A stretch of DNA of 42,780 nt from a virus: IMG/VR virus record IMGVR_UViG_3300012211_000002. One strand, given 5' to 3'. Below, in pieces: positions 8,790-17,886 of the stretch. The position numbers were made by a program, and so were the translations under genes. Numbering within the stretch: position 1 is the first letter of the stretch; each line of letters starts with the position of its first letter. Under the pieces are notes generated by a model. That model was not told the origin of the DNA. It made no database searches and saw nothing but the letters and a program-made list of their open reading frames with translations.

Positions 8790-9548
8790 CTACTTTCCTT
8801 TCGACTTCGCACAAGTACCATGTTTTTGGTAATGCGCCCATGCTATTTTGAAAGCACTCGATTCATCACTCGCCGTACGTTTTAATGCCTTGACCATCTC
8901 TTCACAATTTTCCCCTGGAGGCGCTACAGAATAAAGCTTATCTACATTTAACTGCTTGATCTTCTTCCCCTCTGCTACTAACTTCGCACCCGACGAAGGT
9001 GTCGTTCTTTCTGGCGCTGGACCACCACCTCCACCACTGCCACTACCAAGAGCCTGTATGCCTCCCCTACAACCACAATCCACTTTCATGCCCATCGCCT
9101 GCATTTCTTGAATCGCCACCTCTCCCACCCACGCTGCTATATGAGAATCTCCTCTCATCGTGGCCGCCGCAAAACGATGCTTCCCGTCAATTACAACAAT
9201 CGGTGGAACGAATCCATGCAGAGCTTTCCCAACCTGATTCGAATTGTACTCAACCACAATTGGGCTCTCTTCCCGAGCATGAATCTTTTTCAGTGTCAAA
9301 TTCTCACTCCTAGGTTGACAAGGGAGTGCTATAGTATTTAACGGAATCCTCATGAGAGTGAACTTTCGAGAGGGCATCCACCTCTTCACCCACTTCTCCG
9401 GCGTCAGATGCAAGAAAGGCCGTTGCCTTTCTTCTGCTTCCGCAAAGATTTCTCTCGCCAACTGCAACGCAGTCTTGGTCTTATCTCTAACTGGGCGCTC
9501 CACGAAAATTGTCAACTCTGCAAACTTTGACGCCTCTGCTATCTTCAT
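8790..9548 (-). CDS. ParB/Srx-like domain protein
   Basis: SPIVV...VVIDGKHRFAAATMRGDSHIAAWV motif; GGAG RBS before ATG 9548. Confidence 0.75.
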   Translation of the reverse strand: MKIAEASKFAELTIFVERPVRDKTKTALQLAREIFAEAEERQRPFLHLTPEKWVKRWMPSRKFTLMRIPLNTIALPCQPRSENLTLKKIHAREESPIVVEYNSNQVGKALHGFVPPIVVIDGKHRFAAATMRGDSHIAAWVGEVAIQEMQAMGMKVDCGCRGGIQALGSGSGGGGGPAPERTTPSSGAKLVAEGKKIKQLNVDKLYSVAPPGENCEEMVKALKRTASDESSAFKIAWAHYQKHGTCAKSKGK

Positions 9549-9656
9549 AAGGATCTCCAAATCACTTCGTTTCGTCTTTTACTAAGGTGTGCTCTATCCC
9601 TGTCGAACCCTTCTAGTATAAGCCTGCCTTCAAAGCAAGAACTTTTCCGTCTCATG

Positions 9657-10193
9657 TTAAGCAGTACGAATAGTCTCTATCTCTGCCGCTGCCCACACTG
9701 CATGAATCCCTTCTGTATCCAACAGTAACTTTGCTTCTACTGGAGGCTTATCCACCGGCCACTTCCCCATTATCTGAAAATGAGGATCGTCCTTCCAAGA
9801 AACTCCAGACGTAAGACCCAATGCGTTCCCTTTTGCTATCATGTCTTTCCAGATCGGATGCGCTGAATTCCAGTCCAAGGCCCCTGTATCCTGGTCGGCT
9901 GGTACTACATCCACTGCAAGCCCAAATTGATGATACGATTGCCCAGGCTTTGCATGAGTCACTACTTCCAGATTCGCTATCGAACTCAAAGGAGCCCAAC
10001 CCACTTTCAGTCTCAATTCATTTACCGAAGCCAGGCTTAACCTGCCCTGCGCCCACAGAGCTCCTTGTTCATCACTTGTGCGCAGCCCTTGCACGACAGC
10101 AATCGTCCTTCCCAAGTCCTTCTCCAATTGCAAAATCTTCTTCATCAATATCGGATGCACTTGTTGAAGCCTGTCCTGACTTATCGGCCCCAT
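9657..10193 (-). CDS. Endolysin, peptidase M15 family (L-Ala-D-Glu peptidase-like)
   Basis: QGLRTSDEQGALWAQGR, SYHQFGLAVD and DDPHFQ motifs. Confidence 0.9.
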   Translation of the reverse strand: MGPISQDRLQQVHPILMKKILQLEKDLGRTIAVVQGLRTSDEQGALWAQGRLSLASVNELRLKVGWAPLSSIANLEVVTHAKPGQSYHQFGLAVDVVPADQDTGALDWNSAHPIWKDMIAKGNALGLTSGVSWKDDPHFQIMGKWPVDKPPVEAKLLLDTEGIHAVWAAAEIETIRTA

Positions 10194-10255
10194 CGTCTTC
10201 TTTCTCCTTTAGCAATTTTTTCTGATAAGGCAAATTCCTGAGTTTCATCACCTCC

Positions 10256-10480
10256 TTATGAATCCTCCGTACCCTTTCCTCTGAATCTTGAGGCACTGTC
10301 CACCTCCACTGTCCGCCGGACATTAGTGGCTGGATATCTGATCTCAACCTCTTTCTTGTCTCCTAGCACCCTGATATTCTCCACGACAAAGGGATTCCCG
10401 TCGGAACCGGAGTATGCTTCGACCAGCAAATCTTCTAGCTCTTGTGGTCTCAATAATTTGGCAACTGCCGTGAAGTCCAT
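10256..10480 (-). CDS. Hypothetical protein
   Basis: 74-aa ORF starting immediately after the upstream stop; AAGGGGG RBS. Confidence 0.55.
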   Translation of the reverse strand: MDFTAVAKLLRPQELEDLLVEAYSGSDGNPFVVENIRVLGDKKEVEIRYPATNVRRTVEVDSASRFRGKGTEDS

Positions 10481-10481
10481 T

Positions 10482-10922
10482 CTAGTCCCCCTTCAATTCA
10501 TTCCTTAATTCTGGATGCTCTAAGCGAATGGAATGATCGTTGTAGTCTTTCGTAGGGCCAAACGACTGATCCGTGTGCAACTTCCAACCACTTGGGTGTG
10601 TAAACACATTTCCCCTGCCAATATAATTCCCATCTGGACTGTTATAGGGAGTCATGTCCCGCTTAAAACCCAAACTCTCTGCTTTCTCATGGATATCAGC
10701 CATCTTGCGGAAGTAACCTCCACGTTTCCTCCAAGTATAAGCACCTGTAACAGAATTATGTTCAACACCTTTTCCACCAGGGAGTCCTAGATGCTTCGTC
10801 AGCTGCCTAAGCTGATCCTTTCTTCCTCTACCCCTACTATCCCAACCTTTACCAGCACCTTCACTAGTACCTGCCGCTTGAATACCTAGCTCAAAAACTA
10901 CTAACGTCTCTCTGATATTCAT
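10482..10922 (-). CDS. Leader-motif protein (IQAA + GTSEGAGKGWDSRGRGRK)
   Basis: Motif matches the 2118 gene at 16 of 18 residues. Confidence 0.75.
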   Translation of the reverse strand: MNIRETLVVFELGIQAAGTSEGAGKGWDSRGRGRKDQLRQLTKHLGLPGGKGVEHNSVTGAYTWRKRGGYFRKMADIHEKAESLGFKRDMTPYNSPDGNYIGRGNVFTHPSGWKLHTDQSFGPTKDYNDHSIRLEHPELRNELKGD

Positions 10923-10931
10923 TATCTGCTC

Positions 10932-11729
10932 CTACGAAAGCCTAAATCGTATGCCGTATCTCTTACTCAAAAACCCATATGCCCTGCCGATATTATTAAA
11001 CGTTGCCTGTCTGGATCTAGCCATAGCGTCGTACTGTTGCAAATCAATTTCTGTAACTGATACTGCCTTCTCTCCGAAGTTTCTTAACACTTGCACCGCT
11101 ACTGCCCGATCTTTCTGATAATCTCTGGCTGTAAAGAAAGCTACTTTTGCATTTGCCCGGAATGCCGCGTGTGCCGGAACATCGAAGTTCTGTCGAAATT
11201 GCCCTTTGTAGGGACTTTCCCTAATCAGCCACGTCTGCCCCGTCTTCTCCTTCTGTCCGGGAGGCTTGATCACAGTTAACTTGGTCCCATCCGCCAAGGT
11301 CTGCTGTTGCTTCACTTGCCTCTTGGAAACTGGAGCTATATGTAACCTTTCCACCCCTTTATACTTCGTAATGCCAGGAGGCAGTGCTTTCCCCACTTTA
11401 GGCGCATGCTTCTCTAACCACTTCTGCTGCTTCTTCGTCAAATCTGGTTGCTTCACCTGCACCGGATACTTCAGCCCTTGCTGTCTAAAGTATTCGCTTC
11501 GCCACCAATTCTGAACTGCTTTCGTGGGCACTTGCCCATGCTTCTGAATCTGCTCCCCCACCCACTTCTTTATATTCTCTTCTCTTTCCTGCTTCTTAAG
11601 CCCTCTAAACTGCTTGTGGAGAAATGCCGCCCGTTCTGCCGCTGTTCTCGGTCTTCCACAGTTGGGCCCGTGACAGCCCGATCCAGGGCCGCCCGAATAA
11701 AGCTGAATGATATCTACCAAAGTGATCAT
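10932..11729 (-). CDS. Basic leader-motif protein (MITLVDIIQLYSG + GPGSGCHGPNCGRP)
   Basis: Start moved to ATG 11729 (ATGA overlap); motif shared with the 4158 and 4646 genes. Confidence 0.75.
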   Translation of the reverse strand: MITLVDIIQLYSGGPGSGCHGPNCGRPRTAAERAAFLHKQFRGLKKQEREENIKKWVGEQIQKHGQVPTKAVQNWWRSEYFRQQGLKYPVQVKQPDLTKKQQKWLEKHAPKVGKALPPGITKYKGVERLHIAPVSKRQVKQQQTLADGTKLTVIKPPGQKEKTGQTWLIRESPYKGQFRQNFDVPAHAAFRANAKVAFFTARDYQKDRAVAVQVLRNFGEKAVSVTEIDLQQYDAMARSRQATFNNIGRAYGFLSKRYGIRFRLS

Positions 11730-14700
11730 GACGTCCTCGCTACTACTTGACAAGGAATTTCCCACAGTGCGTCTGTTAGCGCATCTACTCCCGCTCCACC
11801 TGGCACAGAGGCCTTAACTTGCAACGTATAGCCAGTGCCCAAGGGTGCATTAAATGTCTGCTCTATCAATCCACGATACTTTCCATTACTGCCTCCCACA
11901 TAACTCATCGGTATATCTGAGAAGCCAGGGACTGCATCACCCGATTGGTCTACAAGCGTTGCCGTCACTGTCGCACTACTATAGTAAGCTTGGGTGACTG
12001 CATCTTGCAAGCCATCAATTTCTATGATCTGATCGTTCAAACGAACTGGAATTAACTTTATTGGAAGGGGCATTACATTGTCTCCCACCGTAACTGACGC
12101 GATACCAAGAAGCGGAGTTACATTCGCATCTGCTACTATCAGCAATGGATACAAATTCATAGCCGAAACTAAAAGTGCCGGTGAAATATCTACGTCTGCC
12201 GCCAACAGGGCCGAATACAGATAGGTCGAGAAAGCTACCAACGATGCAAACAGTTTCGCATTCGCCAACTTCAACGCGTAGCTACGAGCTATTGCCTGCA
12301 TCAAAGTCGGCGCCGAAAAAGGTTCCGCTCTTGCAAACGTCAACGGCTGAGCATTCTGCGCTAAATACTGCAACCAGTGATTCAACGTAATGAAAGAAGG
12401 AGGCAACTCCTTCTCAGGAACTGTCTCCTGCCCCAAACTATATCTCAACACTACTGCATTGTCTGCCAGATACTGCAGCCAATGACTCAACGTAACTGGA
12501 GCAGGCTCTTTCACTTTGTCTGGTGCTGTATACCTATCTCCCGCTGCATAATCCAATACCACTGCGTTATCCGCTAGGTACTGCAACCAGTGACTCAACG
12601 TAATGGGAGCCGAAGGCAAAGTTTTCGCTGGACCTGCTTCTGCTTCCGCCTGTAAGAATACAGAAGGTAGCGCCTCTCTAATCAACAGCTCCTGAAACGC
12701 TGCCAAGGAAACTGCCGGAGTTATCCTATCCGGTGCAACCAAACTCGGTCCTCTCAAATACTGTAACGTCAAGGCCCTCTGCTCTAACATCTGCTGGAAA
12801 ACTGTTATCAAGGCTGCTTGCACGATCTCTGGCCTTGTGAAATCCGGACTCTGCCCATAATGCAAAATCGTTGCTGCTTGAGCTACCAAATTCTGAAAAG
12901 CCGCTAGCGAGGGAACTAGAAATACTTTTTCCGGCTCTGTCAAACTAGGAGGCTGCCCATAGGTAACTGCTGCTGGTCTATCCACTGCATTTGACAACCA
13001 GCTTGCCAAGGTAATCACAGGCTGTGGGAGAACCCCACCAGGGGCTACATAAGAATCCGCTACGGCGAATCCAAATTTCTTAGCTACGGCAGCGGCTTCT
13101 TCCAGCCACGCAGCCAAGGAAACTTGGGCCACGGAAAAACCTTTTTCTTCATTCACTGCTCGCAGGAATCGCAACAATAAAGCATTCGAAGCCACATTCG
13201 ACAGCCAGTGATTCAGAGTAATCGCCGCTGGAGGCAAGGTTTTTGCTGGAGCCGTATGCAGATCTCCCATCGCATGGGGCAACTTCACAGCATTGTCTGC
13301 CAAGTATTCTAGCCAACTATCTAAGGAAAGAGTCGTAACCGTAGGCAATATCCTCACTGGAGCCGTATGCGTATCTCCCACTGCATACTTCTGTGGTAAG
13401 TCATTCTGCGCCAAATACTGCAGCCAGTGACCCAGAGTAATCGCAGCTGGGGGCAACGTTCTCGTGGGAGCCGTATGTATATCTCCCACTGTATACTTCT
13501 TCGGTAAACTGTTCTGCCCTAGATACTGCAGCCAATGATTCAACGTAATCGCCGCTGGTGGAATAATCTTATCCGGAGCTGTCTGTAAATCTCCTTCTGA
13601 ATAGTTCAATACTACCCCATTCTGTGCCAAGTACTGTAGCCAGTGATTCAGAGTAATAGCTGCTGGTGGAATGATTCTTGTCAACGCCGCTGTCTCTGTC
13701 TGCACGTACATTGCTCGCATCTTTGGATCTACCATATTCGCTTGCCAACCCGCTACCGTAAACGGAGAAATTACTCTACTAAAGGGTAGATCCAAAGTTC
13801 GTACGTAGAAAGGTGGCATTCCCGGAATCGGTTGCACCAAGGACCAACCAATCAAAGAGGGTGGCGCCAAGATAGGTTGAATCGGAGCTCTCTGATCCGT
13901 AATCTCTTTCCAAGTTCTCTGCAATTTTAATGACTCTGCCACTGCTGCAAACCAAGAGGGCAACGTAATCGTCGGTAGATGACCAATCGGAGCTGTCGTG
14001 ATTGCCGGAGCAAACGTTAACGCCCTAAATCTAGCCGATAGATCTGTACTCCATCCAAAACTTGGCACCAGGATCTGTGCCGTAGGAGCCTGCGTCACAT
14101 CACTCGCAGCATAAACCAACTCCACTGCCAATTGCCCCTGCGTTGCCCTCCATGCTGGTTCTGTAAATTGATAGGGAGGCAAAGCCCTCACAGGGAGTGC
14201 CGTATCTCCTTTGGAGAAAATGTTTATCACTGCCGTAGCTGGTCTCAAAGACTCCCAAGCTGAAACTGTAAACTGATAAGGGGGCAAAGCTTTCTCCGGA
14301 AAAGCCTGCACCGCTCTTGTGTAAGCCAACCACAGTGCTTCTGCTACAACATCTTCCGCCCAAGAACTTATCACTGGAGTGGACGCTGCCACTGTAGCTT
14401 TATCCGGCTGCACCAAATTGCTAGCCGCATAATCCTGAGGCTGAGCATTCGGTGGAATCATCTCTCTCCACGAAGGCTCTGTAAACTGATAAGGAGGCAA
14501 GGCCTTTTCTGGAAAGGCTGAAACACTTCTTGCGTAAGACAGCCACAGTGCTTCTGCAGGTGCATCCTCTGCCCAAGAACTTAATCTAGGAGTAACTACT
14601 GCTGCCGCTGGTGTCTTATCTGGTTGAGCAAAGTTACTAGTTGCGTAATCTTGAGGCTGAGCATTCGGTGGAATAGCTTCCAACCAGTTCTGTACCCAAA

Positions 14701-15418
14701 TAAGCGCTGGTGGTAAAAATGGAGGCGCTGAGAATCTATCTCCTAATCCATACCAGTCATCCTTACTCAGGAAAGTCTGTGGCTCCCATACAGGAACAGA
14801 TGTTTGCAACTCTCCCGAAGCCGCAGCCCAAGCTGCACTTACTGAATTTGTCGTACTCGTCGTAATGGAAGTCCCCACTGTTCCCGTATTGTCTACTATC
14901 GCTACACCCGGAGTCGTCGTCCCAGCCCCTCCCACCTGCACTCTCAAATTGCCCGTATTAGGAGCACCAAACGTTCCCGTACCAACATGAGCAAATCCCG
15001 TTACGATAAACGACGCAGAATTCTTCTGGGTCGTTCCCAAGGATAAAGCCGTACCAGAGCCTGTCGTACTGCTACCAGGACCAGGAGTAGAGGCGCCCGT
15101 ATAGCAAGCTACGCAACACGACAATCTAGAAGATGTACAATGCATCGTTACTACTGTAGCTGCCTTCGCATTCACGCACATCCACAACTGAATCGAATCC
15201 GTATTTGTGATCCTAGAGGTGATTGCCTCATACACATTGCTACCACCCGAAGCATCATCCGTCGGAGCCGTGATTGCTGTATTCACCGTCGCACAAGCTA
15301 CTATGACCGTATCTCCTGCTAAAATTTGACCAGTCACCGTCACAGCTATGCTCGTGGCCGCTGTCGAACTAGAGGCTGATCCCGTTCTAAGAGGACTCGA
15401 AATTGCTACTGTGGACAT
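11726..15418 (-). CDS. Large repeat-containing putative structural protein (1230 aa)
   Basis: S/T/G-rich beta-like N-terminal domain, ~38-40 aa Pro/Trp repeats (PPAAITLNHWLQYLAQN), C-terminal beta domain. Confidence 0.7.
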   Translation of the reverse strand: MSTVAISSPLRTGSASSSTAATSIAVTVTGQILAGDTVIVACATVNTAITAPTDDASGGSNVYEAITSRITNTDSIQLWMCVNAKAATVVTMHCTSSRLSCCVACYTGASTPGPGSSTTGSGTALSLGTTQKNSASFIVTGFAHVGTGTFGAPNTGNLRVQVGGAGTTTPGVAIVDNTGTVGTSITTSTTNSVSAAWAAASGELQTSVPVWEPQTFLSKDDWYGLGDRFSAPPFLPPALIWVQNWLEAIPPNAQPQDYATSNFAQPDKTPAAAVVTPRLSSWAEDAPAEALWLSYARSVSAFPEKALPPYQFTEPSWREMIPPNAQPQDYAASNLVQPDKATVAASTPVISSWAEDVVAEALWLAYTRAVQAFPEKALPPYQFTVSAWESLRPATAVINIFSKGDTALPVRALPPYQFTEPAWRATQGQLAVELVYAASDVTQAPTAQILVPSFGWSTDLSARFRALTFAPAITTAPIGHLPTITLPSWFAAVAESLKLQRTWKEITDQRAPIQPILAPPSLIGWSLVQPIPGMPPFYVRTLDLPFSRVISPFTVAGWQANMVDPKMRAMYVQTETAALTRIIPPAAITLNHWLQYLAQNGVVLNYSEGDLQTAPDKIIPPAAITLNHWLQYLGQNSLPKKYTVGDIHTAPTRTLPPAAITLGHWLQYLAQNDLPQKYAVGDTHTAPVRILPTVTTLSLDSWLEYLADNAVKLPHAMGDLHTAPAKTLPPAAITLNHWLSNVASNALLLRFLRAVNEEKGFSVAQVSLAAWLEEAAAVAKKFGFAVADSYVAPGGVLPQPVITLASWLSNAVDRPAAVTYGQPPSLTEPEKVFLVPSLAAFQNLVAQAATILHYGQSPDFTRPEIVQAALITVFQQMLEQRALTLQYLRGPSLVAPDRITPAVSLAAFQELLIREALPSVFLQAEAEAGPAKTLPSAPITLSHWLQYLADNAVVLDYAAGDRYTAPDKVKEPAPVTLSHWLQYLADNAVVLRYSLGQETVPEKELPPSFITLNHWLQYLAQNAQPLTFARAEPFSAPTLMQAIARSYALKLANAKLFASLVAFSTYLYSALLAADVDISPALLVSAMNLYPLLIVADANVTPLLGIASVTVGDNVMPLPIKLIPVRLNDQIIEIDGLQDAVTQAYYSSATVTATLVDQSGDAVPGFSDIPMSYVGGSNGKYRGLIEQTFNAPLGTGYTLQVKASVPGGAGVDALTDALWEIPCQVVARTS

Positions 15419-15419
15419 A

Positions 15420-16055
15420 TCAATAAACCAAACTCGTATTTCTACGATTGATCTGCGGAACTTGCTCTTGCACTCCCAAAGGGCCAGTGGGGCCCACGTA
15501 AGGATCTATACTTCCACCAAACCAGTTGTCAAACACAGGAAGATCCGTCGCCCCACCTACGGCCAACAATCCCGGATATCCTACGGAAAAGTCAGTGTCT
15601 GTCGCTGTCAGAATGCCGATGCCATTCACGTAAAGAGATAGCTTATTTCCTTCGACTGCTAATTTAACAACATCGCTTACAGCTAGAAGCTGCGAACTAA
15701 GGGCAAGCCGGGTAGGATTTGAACCATTGAATTTACAAATGGAATATTGAACAGTGGGAGTATCAGCACCATTCCAACCTGCGTAATAGCCATCAGATGA
15801 AATACTACCACTAGTCCTAACACCAACAAGAAGATAATTCGTAAGACTGATTGAAAGAATAGTAGCTTGTGAATATTGGTTAGCAATCGAACCACTAGGT
15901 GACCACTGAGCATCAATCTGGCCATTTGAGGCCAAAGCGCACTTATTACTAAAAATATCACCATCCGCTGCCCCTCCAGAAGGCCCAATTTTCTGCCAGT
16001 TCGATCCCAAGGTCGTGGCATTCGCTCTGTCAAAGTAATCTGAATACTGCGCCAT
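15420..16055 (-). CDS. Putative structural protein with lectin/concanavalin-like beta-sandwich
   Basis: SDYFDRANATTLGSNW...KLAVEGNKLSLYVNG...FDNWFGG; paralogous to a module in the 1595-aa protein. Confidence 0.6.
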   Translation of the reverse strand: MAQYSDYFDRANATTLGSNWQKIGPSGGAADGDIFSNKCALASNGQIDAQWSPSGSIANQYSQATILSISLTNYLLVGVRTSGSISSDGYYAGWNGADTPTVQYSICKFNGSNPTRLALSSQLLAVSDVVKLAVEGNKLSLYVNGIGILTATDTDFSVGYPGLLAVGGATDLPVFDNWFGGSIDPYVGPTGPLGVQEQVPQINRRNTSLVY

Positions 16056-16084
16056 AAAATAACTCCGACCCCTAGCCTTGCCTT

Positions 16085-17281
16085 CTACACCAATCTCCTA
16101 AGTTCCTCTGCCACCTTCTCTACTGCTTGATCGTAACCCCTCTCCCGATTCCTAAACAATCGCATCGTCGGATACCAAACACAAGCTTCTCCCTCTCTCA
16201 AGAACCGCCAACAGCTGTTCGACAGCAAAGTCCACACTGGCTTCCCGATTGCTCCTGCCAGGTGCATAACACCCGTGTCTACCGAAATCACCAGATCCAA
16301 AGCATCTATTTCTTCTGCTGTCGTCTCCCACGTTTCTAGGTTCAACTGCTCCATACCCGAGGGAGTGGGCCAATCTTTCTGTAAGCTATACCATTTGACG
16401 TTCTCTCGAATTAGAATATTTGTCAAAAGCATATCCAGATTCTTTTCCGAAAGGGTTCTGTGGGGCCTGTTCTCATCCCATTCTCCCGCCATCCAACATA
16501 AGCCCACTTTCAGCTTGTTACCGACGATTCTCTTTACATCTACTTCTCCCTTGAGGTAAGCACCCGGCCAAGGCACTCGATCTGGTGTGTGAGCAAAGAT
16601 CGGTGTCAAACTGAAACTCGAGACGTAGCAGTCATAATCTGACAAGAGAATCTTCACTCCGTCTGCCTCTATCAAGTTATCGACCCACGGATGGTTCTCA
16701 AAAACACAATGCAGTTGCTTATCTACCGCAAATGTGATTTTATCCGGAGCCATCTCTCTCAGATTCTTAAAAAACCGGAAGGCCATAAACACATCTCCAC
16801 TTCCACCTTCCTGCAAAACCAAAATCCTGGCTCCCTGCAAAGATCCTCCCGTATATTTCGGCAACGGACAATCTGGGATAGAGAATCTACACCGCTCATA
16901 CAAATCCCAACCCATCGCCCACTGTCCATTCCTCAGCAAGAATTCTGCGTAAACTGAGGCTGCATATCTATCTGTCGGATCCAACCTGTTTGCTTTCTCT
17001 ACATATCCATAAGCCTCATCGAACTTTACATGATCCGCTAGTGCTATCCCCAAATTGCAACAAATTGCTGCATTGTCTGGAGCTAACAAATGAGCTTCTC
17101 GAAACAGCTCGATTGCTCTTTCCGTTTCTCCCGTCGTGTAATAGCTGTTGCCTAGATTGCACAACAAGGCTGCATTCTTAGCATCCGCCTCTAACTGCTT
17201 CGTCAACGCTGGAATCAACTGCTTCGCTTCCCACTCACTATTCACAAAGTGGGTCGTCGCCGAGGGCTTATATCCAGACAT
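16085..17281 (-). CDS. TPR-repeat glycosyltransferase (GT9/heptosyltransferase-like C-terminus)
   Basis: TPR repeats (CNLGNSY, CNLGIAL), QEGGSGD, KVGLCW and LDLVISVDTGVMHLAGAIGKPVWTLL. Confidence 0.85.
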   Translation of the reverse strand: MSGYKPSATTHFVNSEWEAKQLIPALTKQLEADAKNAALLCNLGNSYYTTGETERAIELFREAHLLAPDNAAICCNLGIALADHVKFDEAYGYVEKANRLDPTDRYAASVYAEFLLRNGQWAMGWDLYERCRFSIPDCPLPKYTGGSLQGARILVLQEGGSGDVFMAFRFFKNLREMAPDKITFAVDKQLHCVFENHPWVDNLIEADGVKILLSDYDCYVSSFSLTPIFAHTPDRVPWPGAYLKGEVDVKRIVGNKLKVGLCWMAGEWDENRPHRTLSEKNLDMLLTNILIRENVKWYSLQKDWPTPSGMEQLNLETWETTAEEIDALDLVISVDTGVMHLAGAIGKPVWTLLSNSCWRFLREGEACVWYPTMRLFRNRERGYDQAVEKVAEELRRLV

Positions 17282-17285
17282 ATTT

Positions 17286-17600
17286 TTACTCCAATCCTAC
17301 CTGCCTTGCAAATCTGTCCCTATCTTCTATCTGCTGCAATCTAAGCTCCAGAGGCTTGCATATTCCAATTCTGTGGCAGTCTGCACAAACTAGAGACCAG
17401 CAAATATGGCAGACTGCTGGAGGCTCTTGCTTGAAGCCAATCGAAGGGGACAGAGGATTCGTCCCATCTGTCCCCGCCTGTACATACACGATTCTGTCGC
17501 AATGTGCACACGTTGCTGTCTTCAGCTCCTGCACTTCTCCATAGGGCAACGTGATTGTTGCTATTCCTTCTGCTTTCTTTGCGTAACTCATCTCAGCCAT
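17286..17600 (-). CDS. Zinc-finger protein
   Basis: CAHCD, CHIC, CADC and C motifs; start placed at MAEMSY. Confidence 0.65.
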   Translation of the reverse strand: MAEMSYAKKAEGIATITLPYGEVQELKTATCAHCDRIVYVQAGTDGTNPLSPSIGFKQEPPAVCHICWSLVCADCHRIGICKPLELRLQQIEDRDRFARQVGLE

Positions 17601-17850
17601 AAGCTGCCCCAGCCTTCTCATCCAATGATTTCTTATCATTCGGATGCTCATCCGCCTGTGGTCCGTCTGCTACCAAAATGTACCCATCTTTTTCGTAATG
17701 CCGCAAGGCTGGAAGCCCCTTCGACCCACGAACGAGATTATCTCCCGCGATAGAATTGATAATCACTTCTTTTTCGAACTCACTGCTTGCTCTATACCAT
17801 TTCCCATTAAAACCAGCCGACATCAATTCTTCTGCACTTTTGAAAGCCAT
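17593..17850 (-). CDS. Hypothetical protein
   Basis: 85-aa ORF with AAAGGAG RBS. Confidence 0.6.
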   Translation of the reverse strand: MAFKSAEELMSAGFNGKWYRASSEFEKEVIINSIAGDNLVRGSKGLPALRHYEKDGYILVADGPQADEHPNDKKSLDEKAGAAYG

Positions 17851-17886
17851 TGTCTTTTCTCCTTTTTGAATTTCTACTTCTACTAC

